Below, one piece after another: positions 1 through 8,328 of a stretch of DNA of 64,000 nt; position 1 is the first letter of the stretch, and every line of letters starts with the position of its first letter. A program made the translations under genes and the position numbers. The notes under the pieces were generated by a model. That model saw nothing but the letters and a program-made list of their open reading frames with translations, searched no databases and was not told the origin of the DNA. The DNA comes from an uncultured Gammaproteobacteria bacterium (GTDB lineage Bacteria; Patescibacteriota; Patescibacteriia; Patescibacteriales; GWC2-42-12), in the NCBI GenBank assembly GCA_964431805.1, contig CAYSKV010000002.1, forward strand, positions 8,025 through 72,024. Direction: 5' to 3'.

Positions 1-3000
1 TTGAGAATTGCCATTCCAACCATCTGTCGGGCCATTAGCTAATGTTTGAAAATTACCATTAAAAATTATGTTGGTGCTGAATTTTGAAATCGGATCAATA
101 TATTCAGTACAACCGGAATTATCAGCTGAGCAAATACCAACCCAATTACCATAATCGTCTGGTATAGGCTGATTTACTAAACCTCCTTTACCGCCTAAAC
201 CTAAAGTTTTAGTATCGCTAAACGCGCAAGGATTATCCGCGGTTTCTAATTGGCAAGTAACTCCAGATGTACAATCTTTATCGCTCAAACAAACTTCACC
301 AGTATTGCCGCCACATCGTTTTACTTTTTTCTTATACCAATTATAAGTTTGACCTGATTCAGTGGCTTTACGCCATTCACAAACTTGATCACCGGGGTCT
401 TTAAAATATTTTTCTCCTTCATTATAAGTAAAAGCCTCGCAGCCGACCGCATCAATACCGCATAAAATTGTATTATATTTGTCTGGATTATCTTTTATAT
501 ATGTATCGCCATAAAGAATAGTATCCTCATATTCATAAGCTTGGCCTAAAAGCGAACAACCTTTGTCTTGGCTACTGCATAATTTGTCTTTATCATAAAC
601 TACATAAGTAAAACTATCGGCTAACACGGTTTTCGTCGTACCAGAATTAACAAAAGTTTCCGTACTAGTAGCAGTTGAATTTTTTGTGTCAATCATTAAT
701 TCGCAACCAACAGCCGATTCAGAACAAAGTTCGGTAAAACTTTTTAAATAATGAGTTTTATTATTTCTGTCCGCATATTTACCGCAGCCTAACATGTATA
801 AAGCGTATGGCGCGCCTGATTGATCGGAGTCGCAGGAAGCCGGCGTTCGCCAAGAATCTTTAATTAAATAATAACGATCAACGATTTCGGTTAAAGTTAT
901 ATTATCTATATAAAAATTTTGCCCGGCGGCTAAAAGCAATATTTCATCAGCCGTTATTGCGTGATCTAAATCAGCTAAATTAGTCTGGAAAATTTGCCAA
1001 TCAATCGTTAAAGAAACCGGGGCGAAATTAGCTTTAGCGCCGCTTGAATTAGTTAAACTTAAATTTAAAAAAGTCGGAGTGCTAGCCTTAGCGACAAAAC
1101 TTAAAACATAAGATTTTCCCGTAATTACCGAGTTACCGGCTAAACGGCTAGCGCTAAATTGGCCGCCGCTTATATATAATGAATTGCCTTTATTATTAGA
1201 ATCTAAATTAATCGCTTCGTTAGATGGCGCGACGGTTGTGCCATTAACGCCTGTCCAATTAGCCGTAGTACCTCCGGAAAAATCATCAGTAAAAATATTT
1301 CTTATATCATTACCCATATTGCCCGTATATTCTCGGCAACCATTTTGCCCGGCTGAACATTTTGCGCCTTGACCGGGTATAGCCATATAAACACAGGATT
1401 TTTCCGTACTATCCCAAACTCCGCCTTTACATGCTAAAGCCGTGTCATCAACTGCGAGAGTTTTTCGGTAAGGATGGCAATCGTCCGAGCAAGAAACAGT
1501 ATTTCTGTATAAATGATAAGAGAGGCCGCCCTGTCGATTATAGAATTGGCGGCAATCAACATTATAAGCTGGATTAGACGGCGATAAATTATAAATTGCT
1601 TCATTACATAATGAAGCATCATCTTCAGTAACAAACGGTTCAGCGCCGCTAGCTTTTAAACTTTCAACTTTTAATTGATAACCTGATTCGTCCGATCCTT
1701 CCCAACTATAAAATTCTCCGCAGCTTGATTCGTTGCCGGTTTTTTTCAAACATTGTCTTAAATAAGTATAATATTCAATGCCTTCACCGCCCCGAGAAAC
1801 TTCATCTAAATTAGTAAACTGACTACAGCCAACCGCTTCAGCCGAACATTTTTTAGCGGTTTTAGGAATAAAATAAGCGTCTCGGCTTAAATCAAAAGCT
1901 GTTTCTTTTTGTACATAAGTATCATAACTAACGCACTCAGCCGGACAATAATCTTCCGGGCTCACCTTGGCCGGAACTTCGCTATCATCTGCCGCGCTAG
2001 TATATAATTCGCAACCTGCTTCTTCGGCTTTACAATTGCGGACGAATTTAGAGCAAGCCGCCGGCGCATCATTTTTTAATGTACCATCTAAAATACCGCC
2101 TGACCCATAACTATAACAAGCACCTTTTAAATAATCAGGTAATAATTTCTCATAAATTAAACCGGTTGAAGCAAATCTATTATATGCGGCATTAACGCCG
2201 GCGTTTCTAATATCAGCATAAGTTTCACCTTTATCAGGGGTTAATCTAATAAAAGCATGACAACCCTGGTCTTCGGCCTGGCAAGTTTCCGCATTTTTAT
2301 TAAAATAAATCTGGTTAGTTTGATCCCAATTAACAGATTTACTGGAAGAATCATAACTTCCGCTAGTAGCATATTTTTTGCAGCCAGCATTAGAGATATT
2401 ACAAAGACTATAATCTAAAGTGTTTTGTAAATATGAAAAGCTATTCTCGCCTAATTTAAAAGTTTGGCAAGTATTTTCTCGCGGTTCGCACGATTTGGAA
2501 TTAAAATCCCAAGTTCTTTTTTCTTCGGTGCAGTAGCCGTAAAGCTGGCAAGCGCCGTCACTTCTTTCTTTAACGCAGGACTGTTCGTCGGCGCAATAAG
2601 CGTCATTTCGTAAAACATTTAAGCTTGAGCCCGCGCCTTCGCCAGAAAATTCTTCTGATAAAATTTGCGCGCCAGCGCCTTCTTTTTTACAATAATTCTG
2701 GGGCGCCTTTAAAACCCAACCGGGATCAACCAAACCATAACACCATGTGCCGGCACTAGAAAAACAATCAACTAAATCTTGTAAATTTTTTGTTCCATTT
2801 ACTAAACCTTGCTGATCTTTTATTTTTTGCGCGGCCACTTCCCAACCAACCGGCAAAATCCTAAACTTTCTTAAAATTATCATTGAGCGATACGGATAAC
2901 CTTCTTTATAGCTAGGCTCTAGCCCGTCCGAAGTAAAACCAAATATTCCATTGCGATTTAAATAACCTTGTTCTATGGCTTGCTTAACCGTTAATTTTTT

Positions 3001-4245
3001 TTCTATGGCTTCTCTAAACTTTTGATCAATTACACAATTAGTCGGTCCGGCTTTACTAGGGTCAGGACACATAGTTAATTCATTTAAAATATCATAATCT
3101 CCTCTAACTTTAAAACTAGCTTCAACTAACTTTTTGAATCTTTCTTCGGCTTCAGAAATACCTCCGCTTTCATTTTGCGCACTTGGATCGGTTAAATTGC
3201 TCGTTACTCTATTTGGGAAATTTGTAACTAAACCTTTTTTCATCCATTGGTCTACTAATTTGCCAATCAAAGTATTAACAAAAACATCAATAGCATCAGC
3301 CACGGCATTCCCAGTATAAGTAGAATAAGCTTGTTTTGAACTTCTTAAAGTATCAGTGCCATACTCTTTAATTAGTACAGCTGGTGTTTTTATATTGCCG
3401 GTAATAGGATCTGTTAAATTTTTATACCCTTCATTTTGCAATCTTTCCTTGGCTGCATTATCAACATCTACATTTATTGATTGAGTCATGCCGGTTTGTA
3501 AAGTTAAGGCTATACCTAAGTCGTTTGACCAAGGATTAAACATATCCTGAAACTTAGGTAAAAAATCTTTATCTTTTAAAGCTGTGTCCCAATTATCTAC
3601 TAATTTACTAAAAGTACAAGCCGGTGCTTTAGGTTTATACGTTCTTTGTAAACCCAAATTTATTTTTAACATAACCGAAGGATTGGGAGTACAAAGATTA
3701 AATTTAACAATACCATTTTGTTTGCCTAAAGTTTCTAAAAATGTCCCGGCCGCATTATCGGCAGTATTTTTTAAATATTCTCCCCAACTCTCGGTGATAA
3801 ACATAGGTTGTTGTCCTTTATCTCCGGTAGCTAAATAAGTAGCAGTATCATAAGCCAAAGTATTTAAAAAGTTTTTTAACATTGCTTTATAAGCTATAGC
3901 AGTTGAACTTTTGAGTTCTTCTAAGGCCTTATCTATAGCCCAAGTTTTAATTTGATCTAATGTTCTATCTACTCCGTTCATTTCTGTTATACATACTTCC
4001 TTCATGCCTGCGCCTAGAGTGGCGCTATCTATTACTTCAATTTTTAACGATCCAGAAGTTTCAGATTGTATACCACCTGCAATTATATCTTCAGTCGACA
4101 TTACTTGACAAGTTTTGTTGCTTCCAAAAAGAGTAGTGGATTGAGCAAGATCTCCAATAGCAGCTTTAACATATACTAATGGTATTAATATTAGAAATAA
4201 AATTATTATAAATAAAATAAATTTTTTAAATTGACAAATTTTCAT
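1..4245 (-). CDS. Very large secreted/cell-surface protein, N-terminal 1415 codons only (3' end lies beyond the left edge). It has an N-terminal membrane anchor/signal, a CBM/LamG-like jelly-roll segment and many C-x5-G-C cysteine-pair motifs
   Basis: Absent from the ORF track because no stop lies inside the window. The reverse complement from ATG at 4245 reads MKICQFKKFILFIIILFLILIPLVYVKAAIGDL. The frame (codons = plus positions 3k+1..3k+3) was open wherever I spot-translated: ~433-465 LCGIDAVGCEA, ~700-730 CSESAVGCE, ~1825-1857 KCSAEAVGCSQ, ~2013-2040 NCKAEEAGCE, ~2262-2294 TCQAEDQGCHA, 1-60 NGNFQTLANGPTDGWNGNSQ. The other frames hold only tiny ORFs over 4.2 kb. Confidence 0.8.
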   Translation of the reverse strand, partial: MKICQFKKFILFIIILFLILIPLVYVKAAIGDLAQSTTLFGSNKTCQVMSTEDIIAGGIQSETSGSLKIEVIDSATLGAGMKEVCITEMNGVDRTLDQIKTWAIDKALEELKSSTAIAYKAMLKNFLNTLAYDTATYLATGDKGQQPMFITESWGEYLKNTADNAAGTFLETLGKQNGIVKFNLCTPNPSVMLKINLGLQRTYKPKAPACTFSKLVDNWDTALKDKDFLPKFQDMFNPWSNDLGIALTLQTGMTQSINVDVDNAAKERLQNEGYKNLTDPITGNIKTPAVLIKEYGTDTLRSSKQAYSTYTGNAVADAIDVFVNTLIGKLVDQWMKKGLVTNFPNRVTSNLTDPSAQNESGGISEAEERFKKLVEASFKVRGDYDILNELTMCPDPSKAGPTNCVIDQKFREAIEKKLTVKQAIEQGYLNRNGIFGFTSDGLEPSYKEGYPYRSMIILRKFRILPVGWEVAAQKIKDQQGLVNGTKNLQDLVDCFSSAGTWCYGLVDPGWVLKAPQNYCKKEGAGAQILSEEFSGEGAGSSLNVLRNDAYCADEQSCVKERSDGACQLYGYCTEEKRTWDFNSKSCEPRENTCQTFKLGENSFSYLQNTLDYSLCNISNAGCKKYATSGSYDSSSKSVNWDQTNQIYFNKNAETCQAEDQGCHAFIRLTPDKGETYADIRNAGVNAAYNRFASTGLIYEKLLPDYLKGACYSYGSGGILDGTLKNDAPAACSKFVRNCKAEEAGCELYTSAADDSEVPAKVSPEDYCPAECVSYDTYVQKETAFDLSRDAYFIPKTAKKCSAEAVGCSQFTNLDEVSRGGEGIEYYTYLRQCLKKTGNESSCGEFYSWEGSDESGYQLKVESLKASGAEPFVTEDDASLCNEAIYNLSPSNPAYNVDCRQFYNRQGGLSYHLYRNTVSCSDDCHPYRKTLAVDDTALACKGGVWDSTEKSCVYMAIPGQGAKCSAGQNGCREYTGNMGNDIRNIFTDDFSGGTTANWTGVNGTTVAPSNEAINLDSNNKGNSLYISGGQFSASRLAGNSVITGKSYVLSFVAKASTPTFLNLSLTNSSGAKANFAPVSLTIDWQIFQTNLADLDHAITADEILLLAAGQNFYIDNITLTEIVDRYYLIKDSWRTPASCDSDQSGAPYALYMLGCGKYADRNNKTHYLKSFTELCSESAVGCELMIDTKNSTATSTETFVNSGTTKTVLADSFTYVVYDKDKLCSSQDKGCSLLGQAYEYEDTILYGDTYIKDNPDKYNTILCGIDAVGCEAFTYNEGEKYFKDPGDQVCEWRKATESGQTYNWYKKKVKRCGGNTGEVCLSDKDCTSGVTCQLETADNPCAFSDTKTLGLGGKGGLVNQPIPDDYGNWVGICSADNSGCTEYIDPISKFSTNIIFNGNFQTLANGPTDGWNGNSQ

Positions 4246-4302
4246 AAATATGATATATTTATATTTAATACTTGTTCTATAAAATTTTTAGGAGGTGTAC
4301 AG

Positions 4303-4635
4303 ATGAAAAAAATAACACAAATGTTAATCTTAATGATTATATTCTGTTTGGGATGTGCTGGACCTGCTGTTCAAATAGGTGCTAGTTTAGCTGGTGACTT
4401 TGCTGCTCATACTTTAAAATCAGTAAATTTTTCTTCTAAACCTAACATCGCTCTTGGTAAAGAAATTGAAAAATACTATTTTGGTAATCATGTAGTAGTA
4501 ATGAGAAATGGCCTTTACAAAAGTGCCCCAGCGACTATTTTTACAGCTTACAAAAATGGACAAGAAATTCGGAGTGTATGTTATGAAGAAAAAAATTCGG
4601 AAGACCGGATAGATATGAATAACTACAACAATTAA
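4303..4635 (+). CDS. Small putative lipoprotein (110 aa)
   Basis: ORF track 4231..4635, trimmed to the internal ATG at 4303. That ATG is preceded by the only strong SD seen in the window (aggaggtgtacagATG). The product starts MKKITQMLILMIIFCLGCAGP, a signal peptide with a lipobox-like L-G-C. Confidence 0.6.
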   Translation: MKKITQMLILMIIFCLGCAGPAVQIGASLAGDFAAHTLKSVNFSSKPNIALGKEIEKYYFGNHVVVMRNGLYKSAPATIFTAYKNGQEIRSVCYEEKNSEDRIDMNNYNN

Positions 4636-5289
4636 TTACTGCCCACTTAATGTTTCCTGAAAACTTTTTAAAAGATCTTCATCGCTAATTTTATCTAAAG
4701 TCGTTTTATCCATGCCTTGCTCTAAAAGTAGTTGCCGTAAACTCGCCGCGTCTAAATTTTTTAAAGCGCTTAATTGATCGCTGGTTAAACTAGCCGTTGT
4801 GCCTGACGAACTTGATGTAGCCGATGAACTAGCGCCGCCTAATTGGTTTAATAAAGTATTGGCCGTACTATCCGTAGCCGCGGTTTGGTCAACCGCAGTA
4901 TTATCTAATAATCCGCTAGTGCAAGTTTTACCTTGCGGACAATTAGGATCATAATCTTTAGCTATTTCATCTCCATCTTTAAATCCGTCGCCGTCAGTAT
5001 CTTCTAAATAAGGTGATGTTGCATAAATATTTAATTCATCATAATCGTTTAAACCATCCGCGTCAGTATCTTTAGCTTTTAAAGCCGCATCGCTATTTTC
5101 TTCTTCGGTAGCGACTTGATTTTGACTAGTCGTACTATTAAACGGACCATAAATATTATTTTTTAACTGCACCATCCATAAAATTACAACCAAAATAGCA
5201 AAAAGCGCCAAACCCGCAACCGCGATTTTTTGGTTTTTATCAATTGGGGAAGGCGTTGGTTTTTCATTAAATGATTCGTTTTCAGGCAT
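4636..5289 (-). CDS. Membrane-anchored protein with thrombospondin type-3-like Ca-binding repeats
   Basis: ORF track, 217 aa. It has an N-terminal TM helix (IAVAGLALFAILVVILWMV), two DxDxDGxxDxxE motifs (DTDADGLNDYDE, DTDGDGFKDGDE) and a Ser/Thr-rich tail. Its stop abuts the stop of the convergent lipoprotein gene (4635/4636). Confidence 0.6.
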   Translation of the reverse strand: MPENESFNEKPTPSPIDKNQKIAVAGLALFAILVVILWMVQLKNNIYGPFNSTTSQNQVATEEENSDAALKAKDTDADGLNDYDELNIYATSPYLEDTDGDGFKDGDEIAKDYDPNCPQGKTCTSGLLDNTAVDQTAATDSTANTLLNQLGGASSSATSSSSGTTASLTSDQLSALKNLDAASLRQLLLEQGMDKTTLDKISDEDLLKSFQETLSGQ

Positions 5290-5304
5290 AGGAACTATAA
5301 TTAA

Positions 5305-5411
5305 TTCTCAATTTCTAATTTCTAATTTCTAAACAATGCTTTAATGTATTAATTTTTAAACATTAAAAAATTGAAAATTGTTTGAAAATTGAAAATTGAA
5401 AATTGAAAATT
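5305..5411. repeat. Long AT-rich compound hairpin built from heptamer repeats ('empty' copy of the family that flanks the four-helix-bundle gene); likely pheT terminator
   Basis: The left arm 5306-5336 (tcaatttctaatttctaatttctaaacaat, 3x aatttct) and right arm 5377-5406 (attgtttgaaaattgaaaattgaaaattga, gaaaatt repeats) are imperfect reverse complements. An inner 8-bp stem is TTTAATGT (5340-5347) / ACATTAAA (5360-5367). The hairpin lies directly downstream of the pheT stop. Confidence 0.7.
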
Positions 5412-5414
5412 ATA

Positions 5415-7871
5415 CTAGAAGTCTCTTATTTTTGCCTCAAACTCTTTTTCTAAATGTTTTATTAATTTTTTCTGCACTTCATCAACTTCTTCTGAAGTTA
5501 ATGTCTTATCGGCTTGATATATAATATGAAAAGCTAAGCTCTTTTTCTCCGCGCCTAGCTTATCGCCTTGATAAACATCAAATAGTTCAACTTCTTTAAT
5601 TAAATCATTAAAGTTTACAATCTGTTTCTTGATATTATTATACAATATTTTTTTATTTACCACAAATGCTAAATCCCGGCTAACAAGAGGATATTTAGAC
5701 GGCTCTTTAAACTGCTTAATCGGGCCGTTTTTTACTTGATTTAATAGCTCGGGTAAACTTATTTCCGCTATAACCGCGGATTTTTTAATACCAAAAGACT
5801 GTTTAATATTTTTTTCAAGTTCAGCTACGAATCCAATATTAGAGCCACCTACCATAATTTTTGCCGAAGCAAATTTATTATATTTTGATACTTCAAATTC
5901 AAAAGCCGCTTCTAAATTTAAAGATTTTAATAAAAATTCTATCACGCCTTTTAATTTTCTGAATAAATCTTCATTCCCATCGCTAGCTAAAGCTATGGCT
6001 AAACGCTTTTCTTGAAAAGGCAATTTTTCGCGGCCGCTATCATCTTTTTTCATTTCTCCTACTTTATTTAAAAACACGCCGCCAATTTCATAAATAGCTA
6101 TTTCAGCTTCTTGCGCTTGATTTGTTTTTATATTTTCTAAAATACCCGGAATTAAACTCGGCCTTAAAATTACTAAATCTTCGGATAACGGATTAGCTAA
6201 TTTAATTACTGAATCAAATTTTAATTTTTCAGCTTGCTGCCGACTAAGAAAAGAATAATTATAGGTTTCAATAAATCCAGCGCCTAGCGACAAAATATTT
6301 TTAATTTTTCTAACCAATAATTTTTCTTCAATCATTAATGGTGGTATTAAATCTATTTTTGGTAGTTCGGCTTTTAAATTATTATAACCATAAATTCTTA
6401 CTACTTCCTCGGCCAAATCTTCCGGTAAACTTACGTCATGTACCGCGCGCCAACTCGGCACAGTTACTTTAAAATGATTACTGCTTACCTTTATTAAAAA
6501 ACCTAGCTTTTCTAAAATTTGTTTAACTTGTTTATTGGTAAACTCATAACCAATAAATTTATTTAGCCAATTTAAATCCAATTCAATCGGTCGTTGATCC
6601 ACCCTGTTAAATAATTTTGCCTTAGGCAAAATTCCGGCTTCGCCGGATTTAACAGGGTAAACTTTATATTTTTTTTCATCAACTAAATTTGTAGCTACAC
6701 TAGCCCCGGGACAAATTTGCAAAATTAATTCTACAGCGCGAGAAATTCCTAACTCACATAAATTCGGATCCAAACCTTTTTCAAAGCGCATAGAAGATTC
6801 TGTTCTAAGACTAAGTTTTTGCGCCGTTTTTCTTACCGAATTAAAATCAAAATTAGCCGCTTCTATTATTATAGAATTCGTCTGATCATTTATTTCGCTT
6901 GTTAGCCCGCCCATAACTCCGGCTACGGCCACAGGTTTTGTTTGATTGGCAATAACTAACATACCCGATTCTAACTTTCTTTTTACGCCATCAAGCGTTT
7001 CAATAATTTCGCCAGTTTTAGAGGTTCTAACTATAATTTTATCAATAAAATTTTTATCAAAAGCGTGTAAAGGCTGGCCTAATTCAAGCATCACATAATT
7101 AGTTACATCCACTATATTATTAATCGGACGCATGCCAGCGGCCGCTAAACGATCTTGCATCCATTTCGGTGAAGGCGCAATTTTTATGCCTTCAATACCA
7201 ATTCCCATATAGCGCGGACATAAAGAAAAATTTTCAATCTTAACATCAAATTTAAAAAATATTTTTTTAGCTTTTAGAATTCCTGCTTTAGGTTGATAAT
7301 TTTTAAACTTAGTATTTAAAAATGCCGAGATATCGCGCGCCATGCCGTAGTGCGACCATAAATCAGCGCGATGGGTAATGCTTTTATTATCAACTTCAAA
7401 AACAACATCATTCAAATTTAAATAATCGCTAAAATTCTGTCCGACTTTAGCTTTGTCTAAAATTAAAATGCCGTTATGATCAGAGCCTAAGCCCAATTCA
7501 TCTTCAGCGCAAAGCATGCCATTTGATTTTACTCCTCTAATTTCTGCTGGCTTTATTTCTAAGCCATTCGGTAAAATCGCTCCGACTAAAGCTACCGGAA
7601 CTAATTGATTAGGTTTTATATTCGGCGCGCCGCAAACGATTTCTAATTTTTCTTTTCCGATATCCACTAAAGCCAACCTTAATCTATCCGCATTCGGATG
7701 AGGTTTAACTTCTAAAATTTTTCCTACGATTACATTTTTATATTTCTCGGCCTGCGCTTCAACTTTTTCTACTTCTACCGTATGTAAAGTTAAACGTTTG
7801 CCCAATTCTAAAGCCGACACTTCTTTAGGAATATCAACAAAATCACGTAACCAATTTAAGGATAGATACAT
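5415..7871 (-). CDS. pheT: Phenylalanine--tRNA ligase beta subunit
   Basis: 818 aa, starting MYLSLNWLRDFV as is typical of PheT. The length and domain order fit PheT (tRNA-binding OB, B3_4, B5, C-terminal anticodon-binding-like). It lies downstream of pheS in the same orientation. Confidence 0.95.
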   Translation of the reverse strand: MYLSLNWLRDFVDIPKEVSALELGKRLTLHTVEVEKVEAQAEKYKNVIVGKILEVKPHPNADRLRLALVDIGKEKLEIVCGAPNIKPNQLVPVALVGAILPNGLEIKPAEIRGVKSNGMLCAEDELGLGSDHNGILILDKAKVGQNFSDYLNLNDVVFEVDNKSITHRADLWSHYGMARDISAFLNTKFKNYQPKAGILKAKKIFFKFDVKIENFSLCPRYMGIGIEGIKIAPSPKWMQDRLAAAGMRPINNIVDVTNYVMLELGQPLHAFDKNFIDKIIVRTSKTGEIIETLDGVKRKLESGMLVIANQTKPVAVAGVMGGLTSEINDQTNSIIIEAANFDFNSVRKTAQKLSLRTESSMRFEKGLDPNLCELGISRAVELILQICPGASVATNLVDEKKYKVYPVKSGEAGILPKAKLFNRVDQRPIELDLNWLNKFIGYEFTNKQVKQILEKLGFLIKVSSNHFKVTVPSWRAVHDVSLPEDLAEEVVRIYGYNNLKAELPKIDLIPPLMIEEKLLVRKIKNILSLGAGFIETYNYSFLSRQQAEKLKFDSVIKLANPLSEDLVILRPSLIPGILENIKTNQAQEAEIAIYEIGGVFLNKVGEMKKDDSGREKLPFQEKRLAIALASDGNEDLFRKLKGVIEFLLKSLNLEAAFEFEVSKYNKFASAKIMVGGSNIGFVAELEKNIKQSFGIKKSAVIAEISLPELLNQVKNGPIKQFKEPSKYPLVSRDLAFVVNKKILYNNIKKQIVNFNDLIKEVELFDVYQGDKLGAEKKSLAFHIIYQADKTLTSEEVDEVQKKLIKHLEKEFEAKIRDF
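6601..6658. repeat. Y-shaped palindromic mini-element, copy 1 (inside the pheT ORF)
   Basis: The outer 12-bp stem is ACCCTGTTAAAT (6601-6612) / ATTTAACAGGGT (6647-6658). The inner hairpins are AATTTTGCC-tta-GGCAAAATT (6613-6633) and CCGGC-ttc-GCCGG (6634-6646). Confidence 0.85.
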
Positions 7872-7880
7872 ATATTAATT

Positions 7881-7911
7881 TTCAATTTCTAATTTTTAAT
7901 TTTTAAACAAT
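7881..7911. repeat. Left arm of the heptamer-repeat inverted repeat flanking the four-helix-bundle gene
   Basis: The sequence ttcaatttctaatttttaatttttaaacaat is nearly identical to the left arm at 5306-5336. Its reverse complement matches 8291-8320 at most positions. Confidence 0.7.
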
Positions 7912-7922
7912 AATTTAATTAC

Positions 7923-8267
7923 TTAATTTTTTAAACTAGAACTTATTTTATTAAAAATAAGCGTTAATTCATGTGCTTCTTTCCATAAAAGTCTTAACTT
8001 TTCAACTTCTTCTTTATTGGTTTGGGCTATAAGTTCAAGCCAATATTTAGTTTCCTGAATTTCTTTTCTACAAATATATATTTTATTTTTAAAATCTTTT
8101 CTTGAAGCAGCTCCATTAGCTTCACAATAATTTGCACCTACGCTAGTTGCCGACCTGATTAATTGTTTGACTATACTTTCGTTTATTATATTCTTATTTA
8201 ATCTTATTAATAATTCGATTATTTCTTTACTAAACTTTTTTGTCCTCTCCTCTAAATCATACTGCAT
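7923..8267 (-). CDS. Four-helix-bundle protein ('23S rRNA intervening-sequence protein' / Avd-like family)
   Basis: 114 aa. The stretch SATSVGANYCEANGAASRKDFKNKIYICRKEIQETKYWLELI matches my recollection of the PF05635/TIGR02436 signature. The gene sits between pheS and pheT. Confidence 0.8.
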   Translation of the reverse strand: MQYDLEERTKKFSKEIIELLIRLNKNIINESIVKQLIRSATSVGANYCEANGAASRKDFKNKIYICRKEIQETKYWLELIAQTNKEEVEKLRLLWKEAHELTLIFNKISSSLKN

Positions 8268-8282
8268 AATTAGGAATTAATT

Positions 8283-8320
8283 CATTGAAAATTGTTTGAA
8301 AATTAGAAATTGAAAATTTT
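8283..8320. repeat. Right arm of the heptamer-repeat inverted repeat flanking the four-helix-bundle gene
   Basis: The sequence cattgaaaattgtttgaaaattagaaattgaaaatttt is nearly identical to the right arm at 5369-5411. Confidence 0.7.
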
Positions 8321-8328
8321 AAATTATT

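Noticed and set aside
4231-4302. Upstream extension of the lipoprotein ORF (MTNFHKYDIFIFNTCSIKFLGGVQ)
   Set aside because: It starts at TTG and overlaps the start of the minus-strand giant gene. The strong SD and signal peptide belong to the ATG at 4303.
7923-8267. Calling a complete diversity-generating retroelement (Avd + target)
   Set aside because: There is no reverse-transcriptase ORF and no template/variable repeat pair that I could find in 64 kb. The Avd-like gene is 11.5 kb from the candidate target C-terminus. It is kept only as a hypothesis to test genome-wide.
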